In this document: positions 29,632 to 39,089 of the stretch, piece after piece
Numbering within the stretch: the stretch's first letter is position 1
Layout of the letters: each line of letters begins with the position of its first letter
Source of the DNA: Candidatus Hermodarchaeota archaeon
GTDB taxonomy: Archaea; Asgardarchaeota; Lokiarchaeia; Sigyniarchaeales; SOKP01
Reading direction: 5' to 3'
Assembly: GCA_048885705.1 (NCBI GenBank)
Contig: JBHLLJ010000003.1
Coordinates: forward strand, 1 to 62,411
Length of the DNA stretch: 62,411 bases
Position numbers and translations under genes: made by a program
The notes under the pieces: generated by a model
The model's input: only the letters and a program-made list of their open reading frames with translations
What the model was told of the DNA's origin: nothing
Databases searched by the model: none

Positions 29632-30804
29632 ATGAAAAAAAAATTAGAAATTAGTATCTTATTGTTTATTGTTCTAATAATACCAATTCATTATAAAAGT
29701 ACAATCGAAACTAGATCTTGTAGTTTTGATGATATTAAATCAAATTTAAATTTGTCAGCTAGTGATGTTATAATTTCATCAGTTCCTTATTATTCTCAAA
29801 TTAAAAATTATTATTGTGGTCCAGCATGTTTAGAGATGGTTTTCGATTATTATGGATCTGATATTATACAACCGGAGATTGCAGATGTGGCGGCAACTGA
29901 TATTGCGTTTGGAGGGACTTTTACTGATGATATGCGGCGGGCTTCTCATTTCAGTAATTTAAGTACATCTGTAGGCAATGAAATGGTTAATAATATAACA
30001 GGTTATACAAATAGAAAAATAGGTTATGCAGCATTTGAAAATTACTTTAGTTCTGCTACGAATTTAATAGATTTAATAGATGCTGGTTATCCTATTATAG
30101 TTTTGCAATGGGGTGATGATAGCAAATCATGGGGGCACTTTAGAGTTGTTATAGGATATAACAAAGATGGTGCAATTATTAATAGTTTTATAACTCGCGA
30201 TCCTTGGTTTCAATCATTTTATAGAATTAATTATGCTACCTTTATGGATTTTTGGTCATATTCTGGTTATTGGGGATTGTTTGTCCATCCCTGGGAGATA
30301 ACAATCAGTGCACCTACTAAGGTAGTAGTTAATTCAACATTTACACTCTCTGCGAGCGTTGAGTATTTATGTCCATCCTATTTCGATGATAATTCTTATA
30401 CCGCTTCAATATGTAATGCAACCATCCAATTACCACCAGGTTTTTCACTTTCCCCTGAAGAAAGTCCTTCAAAGAAACTACCAATTGGAGAAATACAAAG
30501 TGGAGATACTGAAACTGTTCAATGGAGAATTGTTGCTGAAACGCTAGATACTCAGGGATTCATATCGATTGATGCCAGGGGATTTGTTTCAGGTGAAACT
30601 TTCCATCCAACAGTACCTCCTTATTCTTATACTGATTTAATTGGAGGATCTGGGGGAATAACAATTATGATAGTAAAATCACTTCCAAATAATTCCATTC
30701 TTATTATAACAACTGCTATTATGATTTCTATTGCTGTTGCTGCTGCTATAGGAATCACGATTTTTTTAATAAAACGCAGAAGTAGTGCAAGGATCCCAGA
30801 ATAG
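29632..30804 (+). CDS. secreted, membrane-anchored C39-like cysteine peptidase domain protein
   Basis: It has an N-terminal signal or anchor and the catalytic-Cys region VPYYSQIKNYYCGPACLEMVFDYYG. WGHFRVVIGYNKDG...RDPW supplies the His region. A C-terminal TM segment is followed by RRSSARIPE. Confidence 0.6.
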   Translation: MKKKLEISILLFIVLIIPIHYKSTIETRSCSFDDIKSNLNLSASDVIISSVPYYSQIKNYYCGPACLEMVFDYYGSDIIQPEIADVAATDIAFGGTFTDDMRRASHFSNLSTSVGNEMVNNITGYTNRKIGYAAFENYFSSATNLIDLIDAGYPIIVLQWGDDSKSWGHFRVVIGYNKDGAIINSFITRDPWFQSFYRINYATFMDFWSYSGYWGLFVHPWEITISAPTKVVVNSTFTLSASVEYLCPSYFDDNSYTASICNATIQLPPGFSLSPEESPSKKLPIGEIQSGDTETVQWRIVAETLDTQGFISIDARGFVSGETFHPTVPPYSYTDLIGGSGGITIMIVKSLPNNSILIITTAIMISIAVAAAIGITIFLIKRRSSARIPE

Positions 30805-30970
30805 AATAATATATTTCTAAAAATTAAATAAGAGGTTATTTCTAAAATTTTTTTGATTGTACATTATTTCCCCAAATGAAAACTATATATAATCTTTATA
30901 ATTTAAATTGAATTACATTTATATCTATTAAATTCGTTACATATATGAAAATTTTCTTGAGGAATATATA

Positions 30971-32119
30971 TTGAAAGAATGGTCTGCGATAATCCTTGCG
31001 GGAGGGAAAGGCAAACGATTAATGCCTTTGACCTCACTAATTCCTAAACCTTTAGTTAAAGTTACAAATGTTCCTATGGTCGATTATGCGATTGCACATT
31101 TAGTATATGCTAATATAAAACACATAATTCTGGCACTAGCCCATATGGGTAAAGAAATGAAAGAATATATCAATAAAACATGGACAAAAGATAAATTAGG
31201 TGATGTTGAGTTAGAATGCGAAATTCAAGATAGCAAGGGTACAGCAGATGCCTATAGACTCTTAACTGATCATCTAGATTCTGAGAAAATTGTAGTTTCA
31301 ATGGCAGATATTGTAACTAACCTTCCAATGAAACGTTTCATGGACTTTCACTCTGAAAAAGGAGGGATAGCAACAATTTCAATGAAAACTATTGAAAGTC
31401 ATATTTCTCAATATGGGGTTGTATTATTGGACAAAAATCGGAAGATATACCTCTTTTTAGAAAAACCTGGGCCAATGGAGCTATATTTGAGTAGTATGTC
31501 GCAGCGAGAGGATCTCTTTTTACATACAAACGTTGCCAACACAGGTATATATTGTTTTAAAAACCAGATTGGAGATATACTTCATGAAACAGGTTTAATG
31601 GACTTTGGTGGGGAAGTGTTTCCCTACTTACTTGAGAATAAGTATGATTTATATGGCTTTGTTGAGAATTATTATTGGATGGATGCAGGAAATTCTACAA
31701 CCTATTTATGGGCCAATTGGGATCTTTTACGTAAATATGCATGGCCAATTTTACCCAGTGGTGTTGAATATGATGAAATTTTTATAATGGGTATAATAAA
31801 TTCTGGACAAAATATTGTAATTAAGAAACCTACGTGTTTTGGGGAGTTTGTTCAACTACAAAATCGAGTTAAGATAAAAGAATTAACTGCTATCGGAAGC
31901 AACGTTACAATAGGAGAAGATACTGTAATTGAGAAAAGTGTGTTATGGGATGAAATTAAAATTGGTTCGGGTTGTATTATAACTGAAAGTATAATTTGTA
32001 ATAATTGCGAAATAGGTGATAATGTAATTTTAGAGAAAGCAATTATTGCACCAAATTGTAAAATCAGTGATAATTCTCAAATCAGAAGTAAGACGATAGA
32101 ACTTGGAACAGAACAATAA
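30971..32119 (+). CDS. sugar-1-phosphate nucleotidylyltransferase with C-terminal left-handed beta-helix domain
   Basis: AIILAGGKGKRLMPLT is the nucleotidyltransferase signature. The C-terminus has hexapeptide-like repeats (IGSNVTIGEDTVIEKSVL...IGDNVILEKAII). TTG start. Confidence 0.8.
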   Translation: MKEWSAIILAGGKGKRLMPLTSLIPKPLVKVTNVPMVDYAIAHLVYANIKHIILALAHMGKEMKEYINKTWTKDKLGDVELECEIQDSKGTADAYRLLTDHLDSEKIVVSMADIVTNLPMKRFMDFHSEKGGIATISMKTIESHISQYGVVLLDKNRKIYLFLEKPGPMELYLSSMSQREDLFLHTNVANTGIYCFKNQIGDILHETGLMDFGGEVFPYLLENKYDLYGFVENYYWMDAGNSTTYLWANWDLLRKYAWPILPSGVEYDEIFIMGIINSGQNIVIKKPTCFGEFVQLQNRVKIKELTAIGSNVTIGEDTVIEKSVLWDEIKIGSGCIITESIICNNCEIGDNVILEKAIIAPNCKISDNSQIRSKTIELGTEQ

Positions 32120-32157
32120 ATTTTATTGAATAAGAGTTAAGTATTCACTATTTTAAT

Positions 32158-32651
32158 TTATACTTCTATATATTCTGATTTTGTTATTACTTCAACCTTT
32201 CCATTCTTAATTGAACATCATTTTCTAATCTGAATCCATCCAAACCTTGTTTATAAATACCAGGTTCGACAGTGAATTCCATCCCATCTTGTATTAATTT
32301 TTCTTTCTAATATTTTAATGAATAACCATCAGTCGGTTTGCTAGCTATTATTGGTGAATCATGTACAGTTAAACCAAGACCATGTCCTACAGCATATGGT
32401 AAACTATAACCTTCTTTTTTTAGCACATTATCGGCTTCTTCATTAATTTTCCAAAGAGGTACTCCTATATCTATTGCAGCTTCATAAGATTCTATAACTA
32501 AATCTCTCATTTTCCGTTGTTCTTCAGAGAGATCTTTAAAACTAATTGGAACTGTTATATCAGAGCAGTAACCTTAAAATTTTGCTCCAAAATCAATTAA
32601 AGCCAACCCTTGTAAAGCAAAAACTCTTACAGAATAAAATGTTATTAAAAA
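32158..32651 (-). pseudogene. remnant of an M24 (Xaa-Pro / methionine aminopeptidase fold) peptidase, 5'-truncated with two in-frame stops and one frameshift
   Basis: My translation is ...ALQGLALIDFGAKF*(TAA 32574-32576)GYCSDITVPISF...YAVGHGLGLTVHDSPII...SLKY*(TAG 32307-32309)KEKLIQDGMEFTVEPGIYKQGLDGFRLENDVQ. A frame shift then continues into IKNGKVEVITKSEYIEV*. The pita-bread metal-ligand motifs are visible, but the N-terminal roughly 150-200 aa are absent. Confidence 0.75.
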
Positions 32652-32713
32652 TTATCATTTTCATATTTTTATGATGTGGAATAATTAAAAATCTAAAAGA
32701 AAAAAAAAGTGAA

Positions 32714-34117
32714 TTAAAGTTGAGATTCATCAATTATAGGCATTTCTTCTGAAGCTAAGTTTTTTTGAATATCATCATCAGATAATTCATATTCTTTTAA
32801 ATTTCCGTTCATAAATTCTTCGTAAGCTAACAAATCAAAAAAACCATGACCACTCAGATTAAATAAGATTACTTTTTTTTCATTGTTTTCTTTAGCTTTT
32901 ATTGCTTGATCAATCGTTTCTTTTATGGCATGTGCACTTTCTGGAGCAGGAAGTATTCCTTCAGCTTTGGCAAATTGAAGACCAGCACTAATTACTTCTG
33001 TTTGATGATGCATTGTAGTTTTAACAATTCTGTTATTATTTAAAATTGAAATAATGGGAGCCATTCCATGGTATCTTAAGCCTCCTGCATGAATTGGGCT
33101 AGGAATAAAAGTATGTCCTAAAGTATACATCTTTACTATAGGCCCTCTCATTGCAGAGTCCCCATAATCCCATCTATATTCTCCTTTAGTTACACTTGGA
33201 CAAGCTCGAGGTTCGACTCCAATTAATTCCATGTCTGGATTCGCTCCAATTAATTTATCTTTGGCAAAAGGAATCATTAAGCCAGCAAAATTGGAACCAC
33301 CTCCAATGCAACCAATTACTACATCTGCTTTATCAATACCAGCTTTAGCTAGTTGAATTTTTGCTTCTTGGCCTATAATAGTCTGGTGTAATAGTACAAA
33401 ATTTACTACACTTCCAAGAGAATATTTTGTTTTTTCACTTGCCATACTATGTTCTAATGCTTCAGATATAGCGATTCCTAAACTCCCTGGATGTTCTTGA
33501 TCTTTTTCTAAAAATTTTTTTCCAGAATCAGTTAGATCGGAAGGACTTGCATATACTTCAGCATTAAAAGCTCTCATTAATATTTTTCTTCCTGGTTTTT
33601 GAAAATAACTTGCTCTTACCATATATACTGTACATTTTAGATTATAGAGATTACATCCATATGCTAAGGCGGAACCCCATTGTCCAGCACCTGTTTCGGT
33701 AACCAATTCTTCTGTTCCTTCTTTTTTTGCATAATATGCTTGGGTTATAGCAGTATTAGGTTTATGTGACCCTGTAGGAGAACACGATTCATTTTTATAA
33801 AAAATTTTTATCTTATCTCCTTCTATACCTAACTCTTTCTCTAATCCCAATGCACGATGGAGTGGACTTGGTCGATATGTTCTAGCAAAAATTTCCCTTA
33901 ATTCCTTAGGGATAGGAATAAGTGGTTCTGATGAAACTTCTTGTACCACACACTCCTTAGGAAAAATAGCAAATGCCATTTCCGGTGGAGCCGGTTTTCC
34001 ATCCATTGGATTTATTAGGGGCGTCATAGGAGAGGGTAAATCTGGTAAAATATTTACCCAATTTTTTGGAATCTCATTAGGTTGTAATAAAATTCTTCCA
34101 GTAAAATTATTTAACAT
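32714..34117 (-). CDS. trpB2: TrpB2-type tryptophan synthase beta-like PLP enzyme
   Basis: 467 aa. SCSPTGSHKPNTAI contains the PLP-lysine motif, and GGGSNFAG is the phosphate loop. The long N-terminal extension is typical of the TrpB2 class. No other trp genes are in the window. Confidence 0.9.
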   Translation of the reverse strand: MLNNFTGRILLQPNEIPKNWVNILPDLPSPMTPLINPMDGKPAPPEMAFAIFPKECVVQEVSSEPLIPIPKELREIFARTYRPSPLHRALGLEKELGIEGDKIKIFYKNESCSPTGSHKPNTAITQAYYAKKEGTEELVTETGAGQWGSALAYGCNLYNLKCTVYMVRASYFQKPGRKILMRAFNAEVYASPSDLTDSGKKFLEKDQEHPGSLGIAISEALEHSMASEKTKYSLGSVVNFVLLHQTIIGQEAKIQLAKAGIDKADVVIGCIGGGSNFAGLMIPFAKDKLIGANPDMELIGVEPRACPSVTKGEYRWDYGDSAMRGPIVKMYTLGHTFIPSPIHAGGLRYHGMAPIISILNNNRIVKTTMHHQTEVISAGLQFAKAEGILPAPESAHAIKETIDQAIKAKENNEKKVILFNLSGHGFFDLLAYEEFMNGNLKEYELSDDDIQKNLASEEMPIIDESQL

Positions 34118-34272
34118 ATTATTTACCTTTTTTATTTACTTTTTCACATCTTGAGATGTGTATCATTAAAAAATTGGAATTCAATATAATTAATGCCCAT
34201 TTAGAAAGAGGATTTAATATTTTAAAGGAAAATATTGAAAAGAAAAAATAAATCTAAATAAGAACCGCTGCA

Positions 34273-34290
34273 GTTGGCTCTATTGCCAAC
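34273..34290 (-). promoter_or_regulatory. hairpin GUUGGC-AAUAGA-GCCAAC overlapping the last Trp codon and the stop codon of the leader ORF
   Basis: It is a perfect 6-bp inverted repeat read from the sequence (plus strand gttggc tctatt gccaac). The UAG stop lies in the loop and the final UGG lies in the 5' arm. T-rich tracts (TTATTTAGATTTATTTTTTCTTTTC on the minus strand) follow within about 10-40 nt. Confidence 0.35.
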
Positions 34291-34330
34291 ACCAAGGCCA
34301 CTGCCAAGACAGGATTCTTAGAGCTGCCAT
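34280..34330 (-). CDS. candidate Trp-rich leader peptide (16 codons: MAALRILSWQWPWCWQ) upstream of trpB2
   Basis: My reverse-complement reading is ATG GCA GCT CTA AGA ATC CTG TCT TGG CAG TGG CCT TGG TGT TGG CAA TAG. That gives four TGG codons at alternate positions, inside a GC-rich island 163-213 nt upstream of the trpB2 ATG. It is too short for the ORF track. Confidence 0.4.
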   Translation of the reverse strand: MAALRILSWQWPWCWQ

Positions 34331-34611
34331 AATATTAAATAAAGAGTTATCTGAAAATATTTAGAAATAGTATTATTTTTTCAAATAAAAATCTTTTGAA
34401 ACTTCCTTGTATTAGTTGAAATATTGCTCTTATCTATAGATATTCTGTAAATGAAAAAAGTAAACAAATTAAAGTAAAAGTACAATCTTCATAATAAAAA
34501 ACAAAATCAATAAATATTTAATGGTTTTAATGGTCGATTCTAAAGAAGAATTGAAAGAGATAGAAAAGGATTTATTTTATAGTTAACTGTTAAAGAAGGA
34601 TAGACTCTTAA

Positions 34612-35448
34612 TTACTTGAAGATCCTTCTTTTAGTGCTTTGCTTCTGAGGATCTTTTTCAATGGTTGTCCCTATTAATTTATTTTTTAGGCTTTCAGCTA
34701 AGTTACCTAGTTTATTGGCTGTAGCAGAAATTTCTTCCATAGAGGCTGTTTGTTGTTCTGCTGATACACTAATTCCTTCTATAGAGTTAAAAGTGGAATT
34801 AATTTTATTAACTACATCACCGATATCTTTATTAGTATCAAGAACAGCTGTTTTTGATTCTTCAGCTAATTTTCGAACCTCATCTGCAACAACCGCAAAT
34901 CCTCTACCATGTTCACCCGCTCTCCCTGCCTCAATACTGGCATTTAAAGCCAGTAAGTTGGTTTGATCAGCAATATTAGTAACAACTCCAATAACTTTTC
35001 TTATATTATTAGTGGCATTTATAGCCTCTTCTGCCTCTTGTGTAATAAGCTGAGTAGAGCTTGCAATCTCTTCTGAGGCAGCGTTTACTTCGCTCGCACT
35101 TGCCGCTAATTCAGTAGCTATATTGGAAACATTTACAGACGCATCCGAACTATCTTTTAATATAATAGATATTTTCAATTCCTGTTTCTGAATTATCTTA
35201 AGTAAATAATAAATAGCAAAGACAACATAACTAAAGGCACTCAGAATTAATATAACTCTAGGAATAGAATCATTAAAAATTCTATAGGCAAATGCAGTAC
35301 AGGCAATTGTAATTGATGTCGATAACAAAATATGCAATAAAATCTTAAAACTTATTGAGTTTTTTTTTAATTTGAATTTCCTTTGAAAAGCTATAAATAT
35401 AGTCGGAAGGATAACGGCTATCATCAAGAAAATTGTTTCGCTGGACAT
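34612..35448 (-). CDS. short methyl-accepting chemotaxis protein (two TM segments plus signalling hairpin)
   Basis: It has the highly conserved MCP tip [36 protein letters not shown] and N-terminal hydrophobic spans. It is only 278 aa with no recognisable HAMP or sensor domain. Confidence 0.8.
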   Translation of the reverse strand: MSSETIFLMIAVILPTIFIAFQRKFKLKKNSISFKILLHILLSTSITIACTAFAYRIFNDSIPRVILILSAFSYVVFAIYYLLKIIQKQELKISIILKDSSDASVNVSNIATELAASASEVNAASEEIASSTQLITQEAEEAINATNNIRKVIGVVTNIADQTNLLALNASIEAGRAGEHGRGFAVVADEVRKLAEESKTAVLDTNKDIGDVVNKINSTFNSIEGISVSAEQQTASMEEISATANKLGNLAESLKNKLIGTTIEKDPQKQSTKRRIFK

Positions 35449-35656
35449 TACATATGCTTCATAAAAAATAATTGTTCACCTTTTAGATATTTTTTTGTGT
35501 AATTAAATGTATTATAACACAAATTTTATTTAAATTCATACTTTTAGAAAATTGTTACGCTGATTGGATAGTATATTAGAAATTAAAAAAGAAATATTTG
35601 CTATTATTGAATTTCAAATTCAAAAAAAAGGAAATTTATTTGAAGAAAAATAATAA

Positions 35657-37402
35657 TTACTTTTTAGCGAAAGGTTCAAGGTCTATTGCTTCAAATATAT
35701 CATCGACTGCTTCAATCGATCCTAAGAAATGCCACTCACCCTGTTCGATATTTTGACCAGAACCATATTTTGAAGCCATTTTATAGAGCCTATTGAAATT
35801 TTCATAGTGTAAAGCTACTCTATTTTCAGCGTAATCTCTAGCTGACCAAGTAGTTATTAAGAATTGCCAATCACTACTTTCTAAGAGGAGGAGTTCTCGT
35901 GCCATCTGCTTTAGGATTTTTATTAGATTAGGATCTTTAGAATCTTTATACTTTGCTATAATTTCTTCACTTTTTGCTTCACATTCGTATATTCTTTCCC
36001 ATGTCCAAGTTGTCCATTCATTTAACCACACCCAATGAGAACTTGCTTGCCCCCATGACCCCTCAATGACTGAAACAACTTTATTAGGCGGATTATTTTC
36101 TACATATATTCGAGAATTTGTCAATTCTACTTCTGGATCATCCTCTATCCATCGGAGTACTCTAGCTAACCACCAATTACCTTCAAACCACCAGTGGCCA
36201 AATAATTCCGCATCATAGGGAGCAACTACAATCCCATTTCTTCCATTATTGTTCTTGTAGTCTCTTAAAATATCCTTGATTAGATTTAAATAATGACTTG
36301 CATTTTCATCTAGTTTACCAGGTACATCATCTGGCCAATACAGCATTTTCTTTCCTAAATCTAGTTTAGCTTCTGTGACTTTCCAATATCTTAAACCACC
36401 TGGATAATGCTTCTTATGAAAATCGAGATATTCAGCACAACCAGGGTACCCATGTTCTCCACTCCATACAACAATTCCTGTTTTTTCATCCCTAGTAAAA
36501 AATCCAACAGGACCGGGAGTCTTGGGATCAGTAGACACTAAATAGGGTTCATATTGGGATTTCTCAAAAGAAGTTGGGATTTCTTCGTATTGGGATTCAA
36601 ATTGCTTCCAGAGTTCGGCAAGCAATGGAAATCGAGCCGCATAGACGCCTTGTGATTTTCCACCTAATAGTAATGCCGTATCAATAAAAAAGTATTTTAA
36701 ACCATTTTTTGCAAGAAAATATTCTACACCAGGTCTTTCATATTCTTCGTTGGTAATTGGATTTTTCCATCGATATCCGGGACGATAAGCACATTCAGGT
36801 AACCAAGCACCGGTAGGACTTCTCCCAAAATGTCTTTTATAATTATCAACTGCAGTTTTAAATTGGGCATCAATGGAAGTATCTTTAGAAAGTAATGGTG
36901 AATATCCATGAGTTGCTCCGCAAGTAATAATATCTACAAGGCCCATATCTTGTAGGTTTTTAAATGCACCTACAATATCCTTATTATATCTATTTGTAAA
37001 ATTATCACGTATTCTATCATAAAATTCTTGCCACCATTTTGTCAGATTGATTCTTCCGGCTTCATATCTATTCTCTGTAAAATCTTTAAAATCGTACAAT
37101 GCAGCATTATATTTTTCTTCTAAATAACCTAAAAATCCTTCAGTGAATTTAGGATTACGGAGCATTTCACATAGTATTGGTGTGAGACCAACTGTTAACT
37201 TTGGATGATATCCGTCGTCAACTAATTTATATAACTCTATAAGAATGGGGATATATGTCTCCGCAGCTGCTTCATTAACCCAATCCATACCATGGGGCCA
37301 TATTCCGTATAAAGTGATAAGTTCACATTATTCTCCGTGACCAAGCACCCAAGGAAGGTGAGAATGAAGGACTAAATTGAAAGATCCTAAAATTTCAGTC
37401 AT
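35657..37402 (-). CDS. GH57-family 1,4-alpha-glucan branching enzyme-like protein, interrupted by one in-frame TAA at codon 25 (37328-37330)
   Basis: The track ORF (543 aa) starts at MDWVNEAAAETYIPIL. The same frame upstream reads MTEILGSFNLVLHSHLPWVLGHGE*CELITLYGIWPHG, which is the conserved GH57 N-terminus (vLHtHlPyV...WPfGe.W..EA..etYiPLL). Confidence 0.75.
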
Positions 37403-37593
37403 AATTCATTACAATCTCTTATGAAAGTATAATTGATCGAAAATTGCTATTGTTATATAATTTTTCATATATTAAATATTAAAGAGAATCTTAAATAATT
37501 AAAAATCGTTAAAGTTATATATTCTTATTTAGCTTTTTATCATATAAGTTTTCCAATTGAAATAATATCGAGAATTTGAAAAAGTAGTTATTA

Positions 37594-38982
37594 ATGATTC
37601 ATAATCCAATAAAAAACCTTAATGAGTTAAAAAAGAACGGTAGAATCATTGGTAAGGCAAACTACGTTTTTACACCAGAGATTTCAAGCTCAATAGGGTC
37701 CATTCACGGTAGTTTATTCAAGCAAGGAGAATCAATTGTTATGGGAAGAGATTATCATAATGATAGTCGGATGTTGAAAAGAGCCTACACATCAGGTATG
37801 ATGTCTACTGGTATAAATCTTTTAAATCTATCAGATTGTACATTCCCATTATTACAATTTACTATAAGACGATTTGGAGCGAGTGGGGGTTTTTATTTCT
37901 CAGGAGGCCATTTATATAGCGAAGATGTAGGAATACGTTTCTTGGATGCAGGAGGAATTGAATTAGCACAATCGGAACTTCAAAGAATAATTGAATCATA
38001 CAATAACTATCCGGAACATGTCAGAAGAGTTGATCCTAATGAAATAGGACAAATAACCGCAATACCACAAACTTCAGATATCTACATTAAATCTCTTCAA
38101 CAATTTGTTGATAAAAAAAAGATTAAAGCTGCGAAATTAAAGATAGTGGTTGATTGTTCCTATGGGCCAACTGGAAAAATAACTCCTCTTCTAATGAATG
38201 ATATTGGTATTGAAGTAATTGCTTTAAATACACATTATCGCGAAAGATCTTCAAGCCCTGTACCTAGCATTAATACAATAAGAAACACCGCTGATATTGT
38301 TAAAGCATCAAATAGCCATGTTGGTGTTTGTTTTGATGTAGATGGCTCAAGAATATTAATAATAGATGAGAATGGTTTGGAAATAAGCTTTGAAGATTTA
38401 TTAATGCTTTTTATTTCCTTTGATAAAAGAATTCAAAAATCTAAAGGGAATACAATTATTACAACACCCTCAATTTCCCCTGTAGTAAAGAAATTTATTG
38501 AAGATAATAATTATCCTATAAAGGAAGTAGAGAATTACCCCGGGGAGATTTCAAGGCAAATAAGGGAAGAGAGAGCATGTTTTGCAGCCGCAGATACTTT
38601 AAAGTTTTATTTCAGTGAATATGCCCCCTTTTCTGATGGTAATTTTATTCTACTTAAGGTTCTTGAAATTATGACTGCTCAAGATGATCTTCTCAGCTCA
38701 TTAACTAGAGGATTTCCCAAGGGTATAAAGATTAATAAAACTATTGCCGTCTCATCGGAATTAATTAAAAATATTCACAATCGTTTAAGAGAAGTAGCAG
38801 ATCAAAATGGTTACAAATACCAGGATATCATAAATGAATTAAAAATCATAGAAGATGATGCATACGTAATTATAAAAGTAGCATTATATAGAAATGCAAT
38901 TCTTCTTTCTGCTGAATCAAAAGATAAAGACAAAGCACAAAAAATGATCCTCAACATGGAAAAAGTGATATCAGAACTATAA
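37594..38982 (+). CDS. phosphoglucomutase/phosphomannomutase-fold protein with degenerate catalytic motifs
   Basis: The overall four-domain layout and length (462 aa) fit archaeal PGM/PMM. The phosphoserine loop TASHNP is replaced by SGGHLY, and the metal loop DGDxDR is replaced by DVDGSR. No GEeSGH or RxSxTEP equivalents are present. Confidence 0.65.
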   Translation: MIHNPIKNLNELKKNGRIIGKANYVFTPEISSSIGSIHGSLFKQGESIVMGRDYHNDSRMLKRAYTSGMMSTGINLLNLSDCTFPLLQFTIRRFGASGGFYFSGGHLYSEDVGIRFLDAGGIELAQSELQRIIESYNNYPEHVRRVDPNEIGQITAIPQTSDIYIKSLQQFVDKKKIKAAKLKIVVDCSYGPTGKITPLLMNDIGIEVIALNTHYRERSSSPVPSINTIRNTADIVKASNSHVGVCFDVDGSRILIIDENGLEISFEDLLMLFISFDKRIQKSKGNTIITTPSISPVVKKFIEDNNYPIKEVENYPGEISRQIREERACFAAADTLKFYFSEYAPFSDGNFILLKVLEIMTAQDDLLSSLTRGFPKGIKINKTIAVSSELIKNIHNRLREVADQNGYKYQDIINELKIIEDDAYVIIKVALYRNAILLSAESKDKDKAQKMILNMEKVISEL

Positions 38983-39089
38983 AAATTTGATTTTTTCTTT
39001 CTAATATCGAGTTAGGGTTTAAAATAAATAGAATAAATTATATTATAATATTATAAAATATCTTACAATCCAAAAAAAGTGATAAAAAC

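Noticed and set aside
30359-31787. Track ORFs 30359..30547 (+) and 31605..31787 (+).
   Set aside because: They are off-frame overlaps within the C39-like peptidase gene and the nucleotidyltransferase gene.
32307-32309. The in-frame TAG in the M24 peptidase remnant, considered as a possible pyrrolysine or recoded codon.
   Set aside because: The same gene also has an in-frame TAA, a frameshift and a missing N-terminal third. No pyl genes are in the window. Plain decay is the simpler explanation.
34661-34966. Track ORF 34661..34966 (+), inside the MCP gene.
   Set aside because: It is an antisense shadow of the conserved MCP signalling domain. Its Ala/Ser/Leu-rich composition is the usual mirror of MCP coding sequence.
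36724-36909. Track ORF 36724..36909 (-).
   Set aside because: It is an alternative frame inside the GH57 branching-enzyme gene.
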